Positions 10,479 through 19,119 of a stretch of DNA of 64,000 nucleotides are shown here, piece after piece; within the stretch, counting starts at the first letter, position 1, and the number at the start of each line of letters is the position of its first letter. The notes beneath the pieces were generated by a model that was given only the letters and a program-made list of their open reading frames with translations, had not been told where the DNA came from and did no database searches. The stretch covers positions 3,776,001 to 3,840,000 of the forward strand of contig OZ257142.1 of assembly GCA_965279035.1 (NCBI GenBank), read 5' to 3'. The position numbers and the translations under genes were made by a program. This DNA comes from Bacteroidia bacterium. Lineage in GTDB: Bacteria > Bacteroidota > Bacteroidia > M30B66.

Positions 10479-12239
10479 ATGAAAAAGCGTTCTACTAAAT
10501 TAGTAACCAAGGTAAAAACTAAGGTAAGACTACAGCATCGTTTGCGTTTTGTAGCGGTGGCAGGTGCATTTGCACTAGGAGTTTTCTCTGTTGCATTACT
10601 TTACAATACCATTGGAACAAGTAATCAATCGATTGCCAACAATAAATTCAATGGAGTTGAAACACTAGCTGAATATAAATTCAGAAAGCAACTCAATTTG
10701 GATGCTTCACAACTTCCTGCGGGAGAAGCTCTAAAAGATTTTCCGGTGATGGTAAACATCAAGGACGATGATTTACGTTCGGCTTCAAACGGAGGAAAAG
10801 TAGTGAGCGAAAAAGGAGCTGATATTCGCTTTACCAAAGCCGATGGAGTTAGCTTACTCGACTACGAAATTGAGTCGTACAATGCCGTTACAGGTGAGTT
10901 GATTGCCTGGGTGAAATTGGATGCTATCAGCGATAAAAAAGCTGAACCAGTATTCCTTTATTTCAGCAATAAGTTTGCGGCCGACGAAAGTTCTCAAAAT
11001 GCTTGGAACAAAACCTACAAAGGTGTTTGGCATTTGAAAGGAGCTTTAAACTCAAAGATTCCTCATTCAAATCAATATTCTCAAGAAGTTAAAACAGACG
11101 GAAGTAAAGAAGTGTATGTTGCTGCAGAGAAAAACTCTAGTCAGTATGCTTGCTTGAATACTCCCGAAGATGTTGATATTACTGGCGACATAACACTTTC
11201 AGCTTGGGTATACATTACTGATAAGAAAGAACAAACGATTATTTCCAATCAAAGTGGATTTAATGGTGGATATCGTTTAGGAATTAACAAAGATCATCGT
11301 GTTGAATTCCAGGTTCGGAATCAAAATGCAGAGCCGGCTTCTATCGAAGGAAAAGAAGGTACCGAGTTAATGAAAGAACAATGGGTTCATGTTGCAGCTG
11401 TGTATTCGGACGAAGGAGATTCGATGGCAACTTACATTAACGGAAAGTTGGAGCGCTCCATCAAAACGGATATCAGCATGGCTGGTAGTACAGAAGCACT
11501 TCAAATAGGCAGAGAACCTTCTCGTAAAATTTTCTATTTCGGTGGAAAAATGGATGAAGTTCATATTAGCAATATTGCTCGCAGTACCGCTTGGTTGAAT
11601 GCTGAATATGCAAGTCAACTGAAGCCAAAAGAATTCTTGAAAGCAGGAGTTACTGAAGCGATCGTTCAACAAATTTCAATGAGTTTACTCACGTTCGACG
11701 GTGAAGCTCAAGGCAGCACCGTTGAATTAAAATGGCTCACCGCGATGGAAATTGAGAATGATCTTTTCACAATTGAGCGTTCATCCGACGGAGTAAATTT
11801 CGCATCCATTGGAACAAAACCAGGAGCTGGAAACAGCAATGAAGTGTTGAGTTATAGCTATCGCGATAACAAACCTTTGATAGGAACCAATTACTACCGA
11901 GTAAAACTAACAGGTGCCACAGGTGAAGAGTATTCGATGATTACTCCAGTAAATGTTGAATCGGCTGGAGAAGAAGATATCCGTATATCGGCAGCACAAC
12001 CCAATCCTTTTGTAAAAGACTTTAAAGTTGACTATGTAGTTCCCAAAAGCGGAATTGCTAAAGTAAAACTGATGAGTGTAACAGGCGAAGTGGTAATGGA
12101 AGAAGAAGTTACTTGTGAAAAAGCATCCCCACGTCAATTCATTTTTAAAGATGATCAAGGATTAAAGCCTGGCGTGTATTTCTTCAGCGTTGCTCAACAA
12201 GAAGAAACCAAAATGGTGAAACTCATCAAACGAATTTAA
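10479..12239 (+). CDS. DUF2341 + LamG + Ig-like + T9SS type A CTD protein, copy B2
   Basis: DFPVMV, DIRFTKADG, GELIAWV; FGGKMDEVHIS; ERSSDG...NYYRV; PNPF...PGVYF...KLIK. Confidence 0.8.
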   Translation: MKKRSTKLVTKVKTKVRLQHRLRFVAVAGAFALGVFSVALLYNTIGTSNQSIANNKFNGVETLAEYKFRKQLNLDASQLPAGEALKDFPVMVNIKDDDLRSASNGGKVVSEKGADIRFTKADGVSLLDYEIESYNAVTGELIAWVKLDAISDKKAEPVFLYFSNKFAADESSQNAWNKTYKGVWHLKGALNSKIPHSNQYSQEVKTDGSKEVYVAAEKNSSQYACLNTPEDVDITGDITLSAWVYITDKKEQTIISNQSGFNGGYRLGINKDHRVEFQVRNQNAEPASIEGKEGTELMKEQWVHVAAVYSDEGDSMATYINGKLERSIKTDISMAGSTEALQIGREPSRKIFYFGGKMDEVHISNIARSTAWLNAEYASQLKPKEFLKAGVTEAIVQQISMSLLTFDGEAQGSTVELKWLTAMEIENDLFTIERSSDGVNFASIGTKPGAGNSNEVLSYSYRDNKPLIGTNYYRVKLTGATGEEYSMITPVNVESAGEEDIRISAAQPNPFVKDFKVDYVVPKSGIAKVKLMSVTGEVVMEEEVTCEKASPRQFIFKDDQGLKPGVYFFSVAQQEETKMVKLIKRI

Positions 12240-12263
12240 AATCAACCCTAACCTCAACTTTGG

Positions 12264-12298
12264 AAACCCCGACGATCAAATTCGCTCGGGGTTTTTTT
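12264..12298 (+). terminator. Intrinsic terminator after cassette 2
   Basis: aaaccccga...tcggggttt hairpin plus T tract. Confidence 0.75.
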
Positions 12299-12474
12299 AT
12301 GGTCGTATGCAGAATTTGAGATTTTTTTAGTGAAATCAAATCAATCATTCATTGGAGCGTAAAAACTTACGTTTTAGGAATTTGATTTTTTGAGAGGATG
12401 ATTTCTACAATCCTTCGCTGATAAGGGATTCCGAAATAAAAAAAGCGGTATTGTGCCGCATACAAACTATTTTC

Positions 12475-12536
12475 TTACACCTGTAGCGGACCTGCTTCAA
12501 ACGGACAAACACAGGGCAACGTCCGATATAGCTTTA
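12475..12536 (+). promoter_or_regulatory. Putative operator TTACA-CC-TGTAG plus -7-like box TAGCTTTA for cassette 3
   Basis: Near-palindrome 12475-12486; box at 12529-12536 with the same 42-nt gap, running into CGTA. Confidence 0.6.
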
Positions 12537-12579
12537 CGTATCAAATAGAACATTCTACGGCCCTAACCTGAGATACCAT

Positions 12580-13071
12580 ATGAAACCCGACCATTCGAAT
12601 ACACCCAAAACCATTGTGCGAGGATCCTTAGCAGCATTGCTTCTAGCATTCGGAGGATTATCGGCCGAAGCCCAAACGAAAATGGGCAAAGGTCTCACGG
12701 GTAGCGCACAATTAAAACCCGATGATCAAAATGCGATTTCCTCGTTTTCGCCCGTCTATAATAACGGAAAAACGTTTATCCGATGGCTAGTTACAAACGA
12801 TGAAAAAGACGGGATTTTTATCGTTGAACGCTCTGCCGATGGTACTGAATTCGAAGCATTAGGCTTTAAAGATCGTGTAGGCTCGCCCCTGTGTGTGAAC
12901 TTGTTTTACTCCTTCATCGATGAAGCACCTATTGCCGGACAAAGCTACTACCGCATCATGTCGGTAGGTACAGATCAAACCTATACATACAGCGACGTTG
13001 TTCGAGTACGAACCGATGTTCAATCCAATACACCACCGACCAATAGTGCTTCAAACGAAAATGGACAATAA
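12580..13071 (+). CDS. Small secreted stand-alone Ig/FN3-like protein, copy A3
   Basis: Signal peptide (AEA-Q); conserved ALGFKDRVG....VNLFYSF.D core. Confidence 0.8.
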   Translation: MKPDHSNTPKTIVRGSLAALLLAFGGLSAEAQTKMGKGLTGSAQLKPDDQNAISSFSPVYNNGKTFIRWLVTNDEKDGIFIVERSADGTEFEALGFKDRVGSPLCVNLFYSFIDEAPIAGQSYYRIMSVGTDQTYTYSDVVRVRTDVQSNTPPTNSASNENGQ

Positions 13072-13092
13072 TTAAGCTTGAAACTTCCTTCC

Positions 13093-13125
13093 TCAGGCGT
13101 CGTATCAACTAAATCCGACGCCTGA
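13093..13125 (+). other. Intercistronic 10-bp perfect hairpin without a U tract
   Basis: TCAGGCGTCG-13 nt-CGACGCCTGA between A3 and B3. Confidence 0.6.
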
Positions 13126-13162
13126 TGATTGCTTTTTAGATGGCTAGAATCTTTTGCTATTA

Positions 13163-14545
13163 ATGAAACGAAAACTACAACTCCGTACAAAAACCAAAGT
13201 CAAGCTGAGAACTTCGGTCAAGCTGGCATATGCAGGTGCGGCTTTGTCGTTGATGCTCATTGGTGGATGGTTAATCTATTCCAATTTCGGAACTTCAACC
13301 GATAGTATCGCCAGTAACGAATCAACATTACCTGATTTCAGTTGGAGACGTAAAATCAGTTTTGGGAAGGAATTAATCAAAGGCAACGAAACGCTGTTGA
13401 ATTTTCCAATGTTGGTACAACTCAGCGATCCAGATTTCAAATCGGTTGCAAATGGCGGAAAAGTTATTCATCCCAAAGGCTATGATTTTCGTTTCACCAA
13501 AGCCGATGGAATATCCATTTTCCCAACTCAAATAGATCATTACAATCCCAAAACAGGTGAAATTTCTGCTTGGGTTTTACTCGATACTTTATCAGAAAAA
13601 AGCTCAAACGAGTTATTCGTTTATTACAGTAATGCAACTATTCGAACTGAATTGCCCACCGTTTTATGGAACGATTCATTTCGCGGAATGTGGCACATGA
13701 ACGATTTGCATGCTTCCAACAACCGTAAACTACGCGCTACCATTCAAGGAACAGCCGAAGCAACAGGTAAAATTGGTTCTGCTCGATTGTTTGATGCAGC
13801 TCGTCAAGACGCTGCTTTCTTTCCATACGTGGAGGAAATTGATTTAAAAGCTGATTTCAGTTTATCGGCTTGGGTGTATTTGAATGAAAGTGGTCGTGAA
13901 CAAGTGATTCTTTCAAATCAGGGCGATCGTCCGGGTGGATATCGTTTGTTTATTGATAAGGAGAATAAAGTGTGTGTCGACTATTTGAATGCTGCTGGCA
14001 AACGAATTTCTACAGCCAATGTGAGTGGTGGTGAAACGCTTGAGAAAGCACGTTGGTATTATCTTGCAGCTACTTATTCTGTTAAAGAGAATATGGTTCA
14101 CACGTATGTGGATGGCTTATTAGATCGCAGTATTATATCGCTAGATGCTCCAGGAAACACGGCTTCGGTTTTACAAATTGGACGAGATCTTTTTCAAGAG
14201 AAATCCTATTTCAACGGAATCATTGATGAAATTCGCATTTCTTCACAGGCACATTCTCAAGCATGGATTGCTACTGAATTGTACAATCAGAATGTTGGAA
14301 AACTCTTGTTCACCTTAGGAAATGCCGAAGAACTTTCGCTCGATTTAGCTTCTGTAAAACGGAATAAAGAAGGTTTGAATAATCAAAACGCAGCAAGTCA
14401 AACTCAACAAGAAAAAGCCAATACCTTGCGTGCACAAAAATCTCCATCTACTGGAGAAGCGCCGTCAACCTTGACAAGTAGCACAGAAGCTATTCAAGCA
14501 AGAATGAATTCGATTCGCCGCGTGGCGAAAGAAAATAGCAAGTAA
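13163..14545 (+). CDS. DUF2341 + LamG protein lacking Ig and CTD, with a Q/N/S-rich helical tail, copy B3
   Basis: NFPMLV, DFRFTKADG, FNGIIDEIRIS; no PNP/GIY CTD motif; ATG at 13163. Confidence 0.75.
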   Translation: MKRKLQLRTKTKVKLRTSVKLAYAGAALSLMLIGGWLIYSNFGTSTDSIASNESTLPDFSWRRKISFGKELIKGNETLLNFPMLVQLSDPDFKSVANGGKVIHPKGYDFRFTKADGISIFPTQIDHYNPKTGEISAWVLLDTLSEKSSNELFVYYSNATIRTELPTVLWNDSFRGMWHMNDLHASNNRKLRATIQGTAEATGKIGSARLFDAARQDAAFFPYVEEIDLKADFSLSAWVYLNESGREQVILSNQGDRPGGYRLFIDKENKVCVDYLNAAGKRISTANVSGGETLEKARWYYLAATYSVKENMVHTYVDGLLDRSIISLDAPGNTASVLQIGRDLFQEKSYFNGIIDEIRISSQAHSQAWIATELYNQNVGKLLFTLGNAEELSLDLASVKRNKEGLNNQNAASQTQQEKANTLRAQKSPSTGEAPSTLTSSTEAIQARMNSIRRVAKENSK

Positions 14546-14596
14546 AATTTCTACTAAGAAATGAGAAGGGATGTATTGAAAAATGCTTCCCTTTTT

Positions 14597-15604
14597 TTAT
14601 TTGAATGAAACCGTTTTCCCAAGCCATTCGAGTGCGGTACCGTTAAGCAAACGATTTTTTTGAGATTCACTTAAATTCATGTTTTTTATCAGCGTGCCCG
14701 GAATGACTTCGCCAAGCGGAAAAGGATAATCTGAGCCCAAAGCGATGCGCTCAACTCCAGCAAAATCAATCAAAAAACGCAAGGCTGATTCATCGTGAAC
14801 AAGACTGTCGAAATACAAACGATTCAAGTATTTTTCGGGGCTGATGGCATTGTCGATAGCCACTAAATCGGGGCGACACTCGAAACCATGTTTGATACGA
14901 CCCAGTGTTAACGGAAACGAACCACCACCATGTGCAAACGCCACACGTAGCTTAGGTAATCGCTCAAAAATTCCACCGAATATCATAGAACATATTGCAC
15001 GCGAAGTTTCGGCAGGCATCCCAACTAACCAAGGCAGCCAATAGCGCTGAATGTCTTTTTGTCCAAACATTTCCCATGGATGCACAAATACAGCTGCTCC
15101 TAATTCTTCAGCAGCCTGGAATATTTCGAAGAATTCGGGTTCATTCAAATTCAGCTGATTGACATTGCTCCCAATCTGAATTCCAGCCATTCCTAATTCC
15201 TTCATGCAACGTTCCAACTCACGAATAGCCAGTTTGGGCGATTGCATCGGGATTGTTCCTAAACCAATAAATCGATCGGGATAATCGCCCACAATGCCTG
15301 CAATATGATCATTGAGAAATTCCGAAACAGCCAAGGCATCTTCGCCCTTTGCCCAATATGAAAACATCACCGGAACAGTACTTAATACCTGCATATTCAC
15401 CCCATGATGATCACATTCGTGGATTCGTGCTTTCGGATCCCAGCAATTGTTCTGCACCTCCCGAAAAAACTGATCATCCTTCATCATCCGTGCACAGCAA
15501 GGCTTGTGATGATCGAGATGAATAAAACCACCATACCCAAATCGCTCCTTGAAATTAGGAATGTGTTCGGGAAGAATATGGGTGTGGATGTCGATGGTGA
15601 ACAT
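14597..15604 (-). CDS. nbaD: 2-amino-3-carboxymuconate-6-semialdehyde decarboxylase (ACMSD, amidohydrolase)
   Basis: [25 protein letters not shown] and [11 protein letters not shown]; downstream of 3-HAO. Confidence 0.9.
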   Translation of the reverse strand: MFTIDIHTHILPEHIPNFKERFGYGGFIHLDHHKPCCARMMKDDQFFREVQNNCWDPKARIHECDHHGVNMQVLSTVPVMFSYWAKGEDALAVSEFLNDHIAGIVGDYPDRFIGLGTIPMQSPKLAIRELERCMKELGMAGIQIGSNVNQLNLNEPEFFEIFQAAEELGAAVFVHPWEMFGQKDIQRYWLPWLVGMPAETSRAICSMIFGGIFERLPKLRVAFAHGGGSFPLTLGRIKHGFECRPDLVAIDNAISPEKYLNRLYFDSLVHDESALRFLIDFAGVERIALGSDYPFPLGEVIPGTLIKNMNLSESQKNRLLNGTALEWLGKTVSFK

Positions 15605-15642
15605 GCTGATGTGTTGATGTGTATTCTAGGACTTATGCAAGT

Positions 15643-16623
15643 CTATGCAGCGTATTTTTTTAGATCAACATAGGGTGTTTTTCTTTTTACGACAGCAAAT
15701 ACTCTTGATACAAGTTTGTTTTTGACTGCATTGAGTGCACAATTATAATGTTTTCCTTCCTGGATTTTACGCTCCATATATTCTCTCATTTCGGTGTTAT
15801 TTAATACTGCCGAACGCGCCGCCATTGTTAATACTCCATTGATTTTTCGATTTGATCTTCTATCGGTTTGTGTTTTCCCTTTTATGGATGTTCCTGATGA
15901 TTTTTCGAATGGAGCTATTCCACTATAACATGCATATTGACGAGCATTGTCGAAGTATTCAAAGCCATTTGTTGTGGCGATTAAATACCAACTCGACACT
16001 GGTCCAACTCCTTTTATAGATTGAACTAATTCGTCGATTTGACGAAGATTATCATCTGACTTTATCAATGATTTGATTTCCTCTTCTACCAGTTTAAGTT
16101 TATCGTTAAAGGTCTTTAACAGATCCGTTTCGATTTGAAAAACTATATCTACACCAGTGGTTTTTGATGAGTTCTTAAGTCTGTTTTTGATGCCTATCTT
16201 CTCTTTTTCCAGATGCGAACGCATACTCAAGAGCTTTCTCAGCTGCGCTACAGCACTCTTTGATAGTACCGTTGGGCTAAGCTGTTCTGCATGTAATGCA
16301 ATGAAATTTGCGATTCTTTGGGAGTCTATCTTATCATTTTTGCCTCGCTGAAGTCCAATAGAATACTTAATGTTTAAGGAGGATTCCATGTAAAAACAGA
16401 TCTTCTTTTCACTCAAAAACACAGATAAATCCTCGCTATAAATACCCGTATGCTCAAAGCAAATGGCCATCGATTTTACACTCACTTTCAACTGCTTTAA
16501 CCAAGCAAGCATCAGTGTATAACCATCGATATCATTGCTAAAGACGTTGTGCTGAGATTGATTATGTAAATAAACATCCAGCGTTAATTTTGACACATCA
16601 ATGCCAATAAAGTTCTTCTTCAT
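15643..16623 (-). CDS. IS110-family DEDD transposase/recombinase
   Basis: IGIDVSK, FEHTG, KNDKIDS (DEDD RuvC-like); GVGP and APFEKSSG (Tnp20 with catalytic Ser). Confidence 0.95.
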   Translation of the reverse strand: MKKNFIGIDVSKLTLDVYLHNQSQHNVFSNDIDGYTLMLAWLKQLKVSVKSMAICFEHTGIYSEDLSVFLSEKKICFYMESSLNIKYSIGLQRGKNDKIDSQRIANFIALHAEQLSPTVLSKSAVAQLRKLLSMRSHLEKEKIGIKNRLKNSSKTTGVDIVFQIETDLLKTFNDKLKLVEEEIKSLIKSDDNLRQIDELVQSIKGVGPVSSWYLIATTNGFEYFDNARQYACYSGIAPFEKSSGTSIKGKTQTDRRSNRKINGVLTMAARSAVLNNTEMREYMERKIQEGKHYNCALNAVKNKLVSRVFAVVKRKTPYVDLKKYAA

Positions 16624-16639
16624 ACTTTTGTTTTTAAGT

Positions 16640-16825
16640 GTTGCTCTTGGCTAAAACCTTTAATAGATCTCGAAGTCTAAAATTCTAGCTGGCCATTAAC
16701 AACATGGTTAAAGGAAACGGGGACTCATACACACCTTAGGGATTTAAAGACCTAGCTGATGAGATAGTTCACCCCGTTTCTTTGTTTATTTTCAGTCAAG
16801 ATATCTCAACTAAAATAATAGTGCA
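16640..16825 (-). ncRNA. Predicted IS110 bridge RNA (target-binding loop followed by donor-binding loop); ends approximate
   Basis: Two stem-flanked internal loops whose 6-7 nt segments match the target repeat and the RE-LE junction. Confidence 0.75.
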
Positions 16826-16835
16826 AGTCTAAAGG

Positions 16836-17141
16836 CTGGTGTGTTGGTGTGCTGATGTGTTGATGTGCTGGTGTGCTGATGAATGATGTGCTGGTGTGTT
16901 GGTGTGCTGGTGTGCTGGTGTGTGCTGGTGTGTGCTGGTGTGCTGGTGTGCTGGTGTGCTGGTGTGCTGGTGATCCCGATAGCTATCGGGAGGTGTGCTG
17001 GTGATCCCGATAGCTATCGGGAGGTGTGCTGGTGTGATGATGAATGATGTGATGGTAAATGGTGTGTTAGTGAGCTGATGGAGATTTGATGAAAGTTGAG
17101 GTTAGTTAATCAGCACATCAACTAATAAGCACATCAGCACA
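16836..17141. repeat. Tandem octamer array (GGTGTGCT/GATGTGCT)n with two embedded 18-bp palindromes and inverted copies
   Basis: More than 15 units in 16836-17035; TCCCGATAGCTATCGGGA at 16974 and 17005; inverted cagcacat copies at 17111-17141. Confidence 0.9.
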
Positions 17142-17145
17142 TTAC

Positions 17146-17661
17146 TTAAGGTTTCTCCATTACCGTTCCACACTTCTTGCACGTTCTCAATTCTTCGGAG
17201 CCATAAAATTTATTCATTACGGGAGGAAGTTGGGTGACGATATCGGAGACGTGGAGGAATTCTTCGTAGAGCTTGTTGCCACAGGATTCACAGAACCACA
17301 TGAAGGCATCGTCTTCTTGCTTAGCACGAACTAATTCTACCACTAAACCAACCGTATTTTCAGGGCGTTGAGGAGAATGAGGTGTGCGACCGGGAAGCAT
17401 AAAGATGTCGCCTTCGTTGATATGAATATCGACAGGTTTGCCATCTTCGATGATTTTTAGTATCATGTTCCCTTCTAGCTGAAAGTAAAATTCTTCGCTT
17501 TCGTTGTAGTGGTAGTCTTTTCGTTTGTTGGGACCACCTACAACCATCACGATAATATCGTCGGCAGTTTTGAATACAACCTGATTTCCAACAGGTGGTT
17601 TGAGTAAGTGGCGGTTTTCGTCGATCCACTTTTTAAAGGAAAAAGGACGCTGGATTGGCAT
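17146..17661 (-). CDS. nbaC: 3-hydroxyanthranilate 3,4-dioxygenase
   Basis: LKPPVGN, VGGPNKRKDYH, PHSPQR; rubredoxin-like CESC/CKKC site. Confidence 0.95.
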   Translation of the reverse strand: MPIQRPFSFKKWIDENRHLLKPPVGNQVVFKTADDIIVMVVGGPNKRKDYHYNESEEFYFQLEGNMILKIIEDGKPVDIHINEGDIFMLPGRTPHSPQRPENTVGLVVELVRAKQEDDAFMWFCESCGNKLYEEFLHVSDIVTQLPPVMNKFYGSEELRTCKKCGTVMEKP

Positions 17662-17705
17662 ATGCTGTATTTTTGAGGCAAGGTAATAAAACCTGAATTT
17701 GTCTT

Positions 17706-18494
17706 ATGGAACTAAATCTCGCAGGAAAAACAGCGCTGGTATGCGGCAGTACACAAGGAATTGGACGTGCTTGTGCCCGTGAATTGGCCGAAGCAGGTGC
17801 TCATATTGTGCTTCTAGCCCGTGACGAAACACGTTTAAAAGAGGAAAAAATCGAGCTCGATCGCATCAATCACCTCAACAACGACTACCTCGTTGCCGAT
17901 TTTAATGATTGGAGACAAGTAGAATCGGTGGTCAAAGCATTTATCGCCAAACGCAATCCCATTCATATTCTCGTGAACAACAATGGAGGTCCGGCTGCTG
18001 GTCCAATTACCGAAGCACGCCCCGAAGCATTTGAAGCGGCATTTACCCAACATCTTTTATGCAATCAGGTATTGGCTCAAGCGGTGTTGGAGGAAATGAT
18101 AAAAGCTGATTATGGTCGAATCATCAATATCATATCGACTTCGGTAAAAGCACCATTGCATGGTTTAGGAGTTTCGAATACTATCCGTGCTGCTGTGGGA
18201 AATTGGTCGAAAACCTTAGCGAATGAAGTAGGGAAATATGGCATTACAGTGAATAATGTATTGCCAGGAGCAACAATGACGGGGCGTTTGTCGCAGATTA
18301 TTACAAATAAAGCAGCAAGAACTCACCAAGAAATTGCGGTGGTAGAAGAAGAAATGTTGGCAGAAATTCCCTTGAAGCGTTTTGCCAAACCAGAAGAAAT
18401 TGCTCATGCCGTAATGTTTTTAGCTTCGTCTGCTGCTGCGTATATCAATGGTATTAATTTACCCGTTGATGGTGGAAGGACGGGGAGTTTGTGA
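17706..18494 (+). CDS. SDR family oxidoreductase
   Basis: CGSTQGIG Rossmann motif, NNNGG, VDGG. Confidence 0.9.
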   Translation: MELNLAGKTALVCGSTQGIGRACARELAEAGAHIVLLARDETRLKEEKIELDRINHLNNDYLVADFNDWRQVESVVKAFIAKRNPIHILVNNNGGPAAGPITEARPEAFEAAFTQHLLCNQVLAQAVLEEMIKADYGRIINIISTSVKAPLHGLGVSNTIRAAVGNWSKTLANEVGKYGITVNNVLPGATMTGRLSQIITNKAARTHQEIAVVEEEMLAEIPLKRFAKPEEIAHAVMFLASSAAAYINGINLPVDGGRTGSL

Positions 18495-18544
18495 TGTGCT
18501 GATGATCCCGATAGCTATCGGGAGATGTGCTGGTGTGCTGATGT
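18493..18544. repeat. Octamer repeat cluster with 18-bp palindrome
   Basis: gatgtgctgatg...TCCCGATAGCTATCGGGA...ggtgtgctgatg. Confidence 0.75.
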
Positions 18545-18648
18545 AATATATGTTTTGGTGATTTGGAAATTTGATAGCTATCGGATTGAAAATGAAACTG
18601 ACACGTAGGTTGAGTTAGAGATGATTTGAGAATTAAATAAAATATCGG

Positions 18649-19074
18649 ATGAAATTAATAAGTCATGTTTTAAATGGGTTGATCGTTTTGATTTCCACTG
18701 CAGGAAATGCACAAGGCATTGAAAAAACCTATCGTGGACAATGGGGAAGTAGTTTTTGGACCTTTGAATTTCATGAAGATAAAACCTACAAACGCACATC
18801 GGGCGGGCATTATGGAAATACGATTGTGGAAGGGAAATACAGGATATACAACGATACACTGGAAATAATAAATGGATTTGAGAATTCGAGTGGAACAATC
18901 AACCGCTATTATGTAATGGATGGGGATCGAATTATTGATTTAACACTCTTGTATGATTATACGATTGCAGAAGGGTTTCCAATCAGTTATAAGAATAAAC
19001 GAGTTCGTGTAAAAAATAAAGAAGGCGGCAAAGTTGAATACCACTATGTTCCTGAGAGTTTGTTGACCAAATAA
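18649..19074 (+). CDS. Hypothetical secreted protein
   Basis: 141-aa ORF with signal-peptide-like N-terminus, beta-rich. Confidence 0.6.
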   Translation: MKLISHVLNGLIVLISTAGNAQGIEKTYRGQWGSSFWTFEFHEDKTYKRTSGGHYGNTIVEGKYRIYNDTLEIINGFENSSGTINRYYVMDGDRIIDLTLLYDYTIAEGFPISYKNKRVRVKNKEGGKVEYHYVPESLLTK

Positions 19075-19119
19075 TTGAATTATTTTGCCGTTCTTAATTG
19101 CTAATCGAAAACATATTTC

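Larger units (their letters stand above)
15622..16835 (-). mobile_element. IS110-family element inserted without TSD into the octamer repeat
   Basis: Removing it restores an in-phase repeat gtgttgatgtG|ctggtgtgttgg; it contains a DEDD recombinase and a ~210-nt 5' non-coding end. Confidence 0.85.

Noticed and set aside
15636-16831. 10-bp direct repeat TGCAAGTCTA at 15636 and 16822 as a target-site duplication
   Set aside because: Both copies are inside the element (one overlaps the transposase stop codon); IS110 makes no TSD, and the octamer phase is restored only with ends at 15622 and 16835
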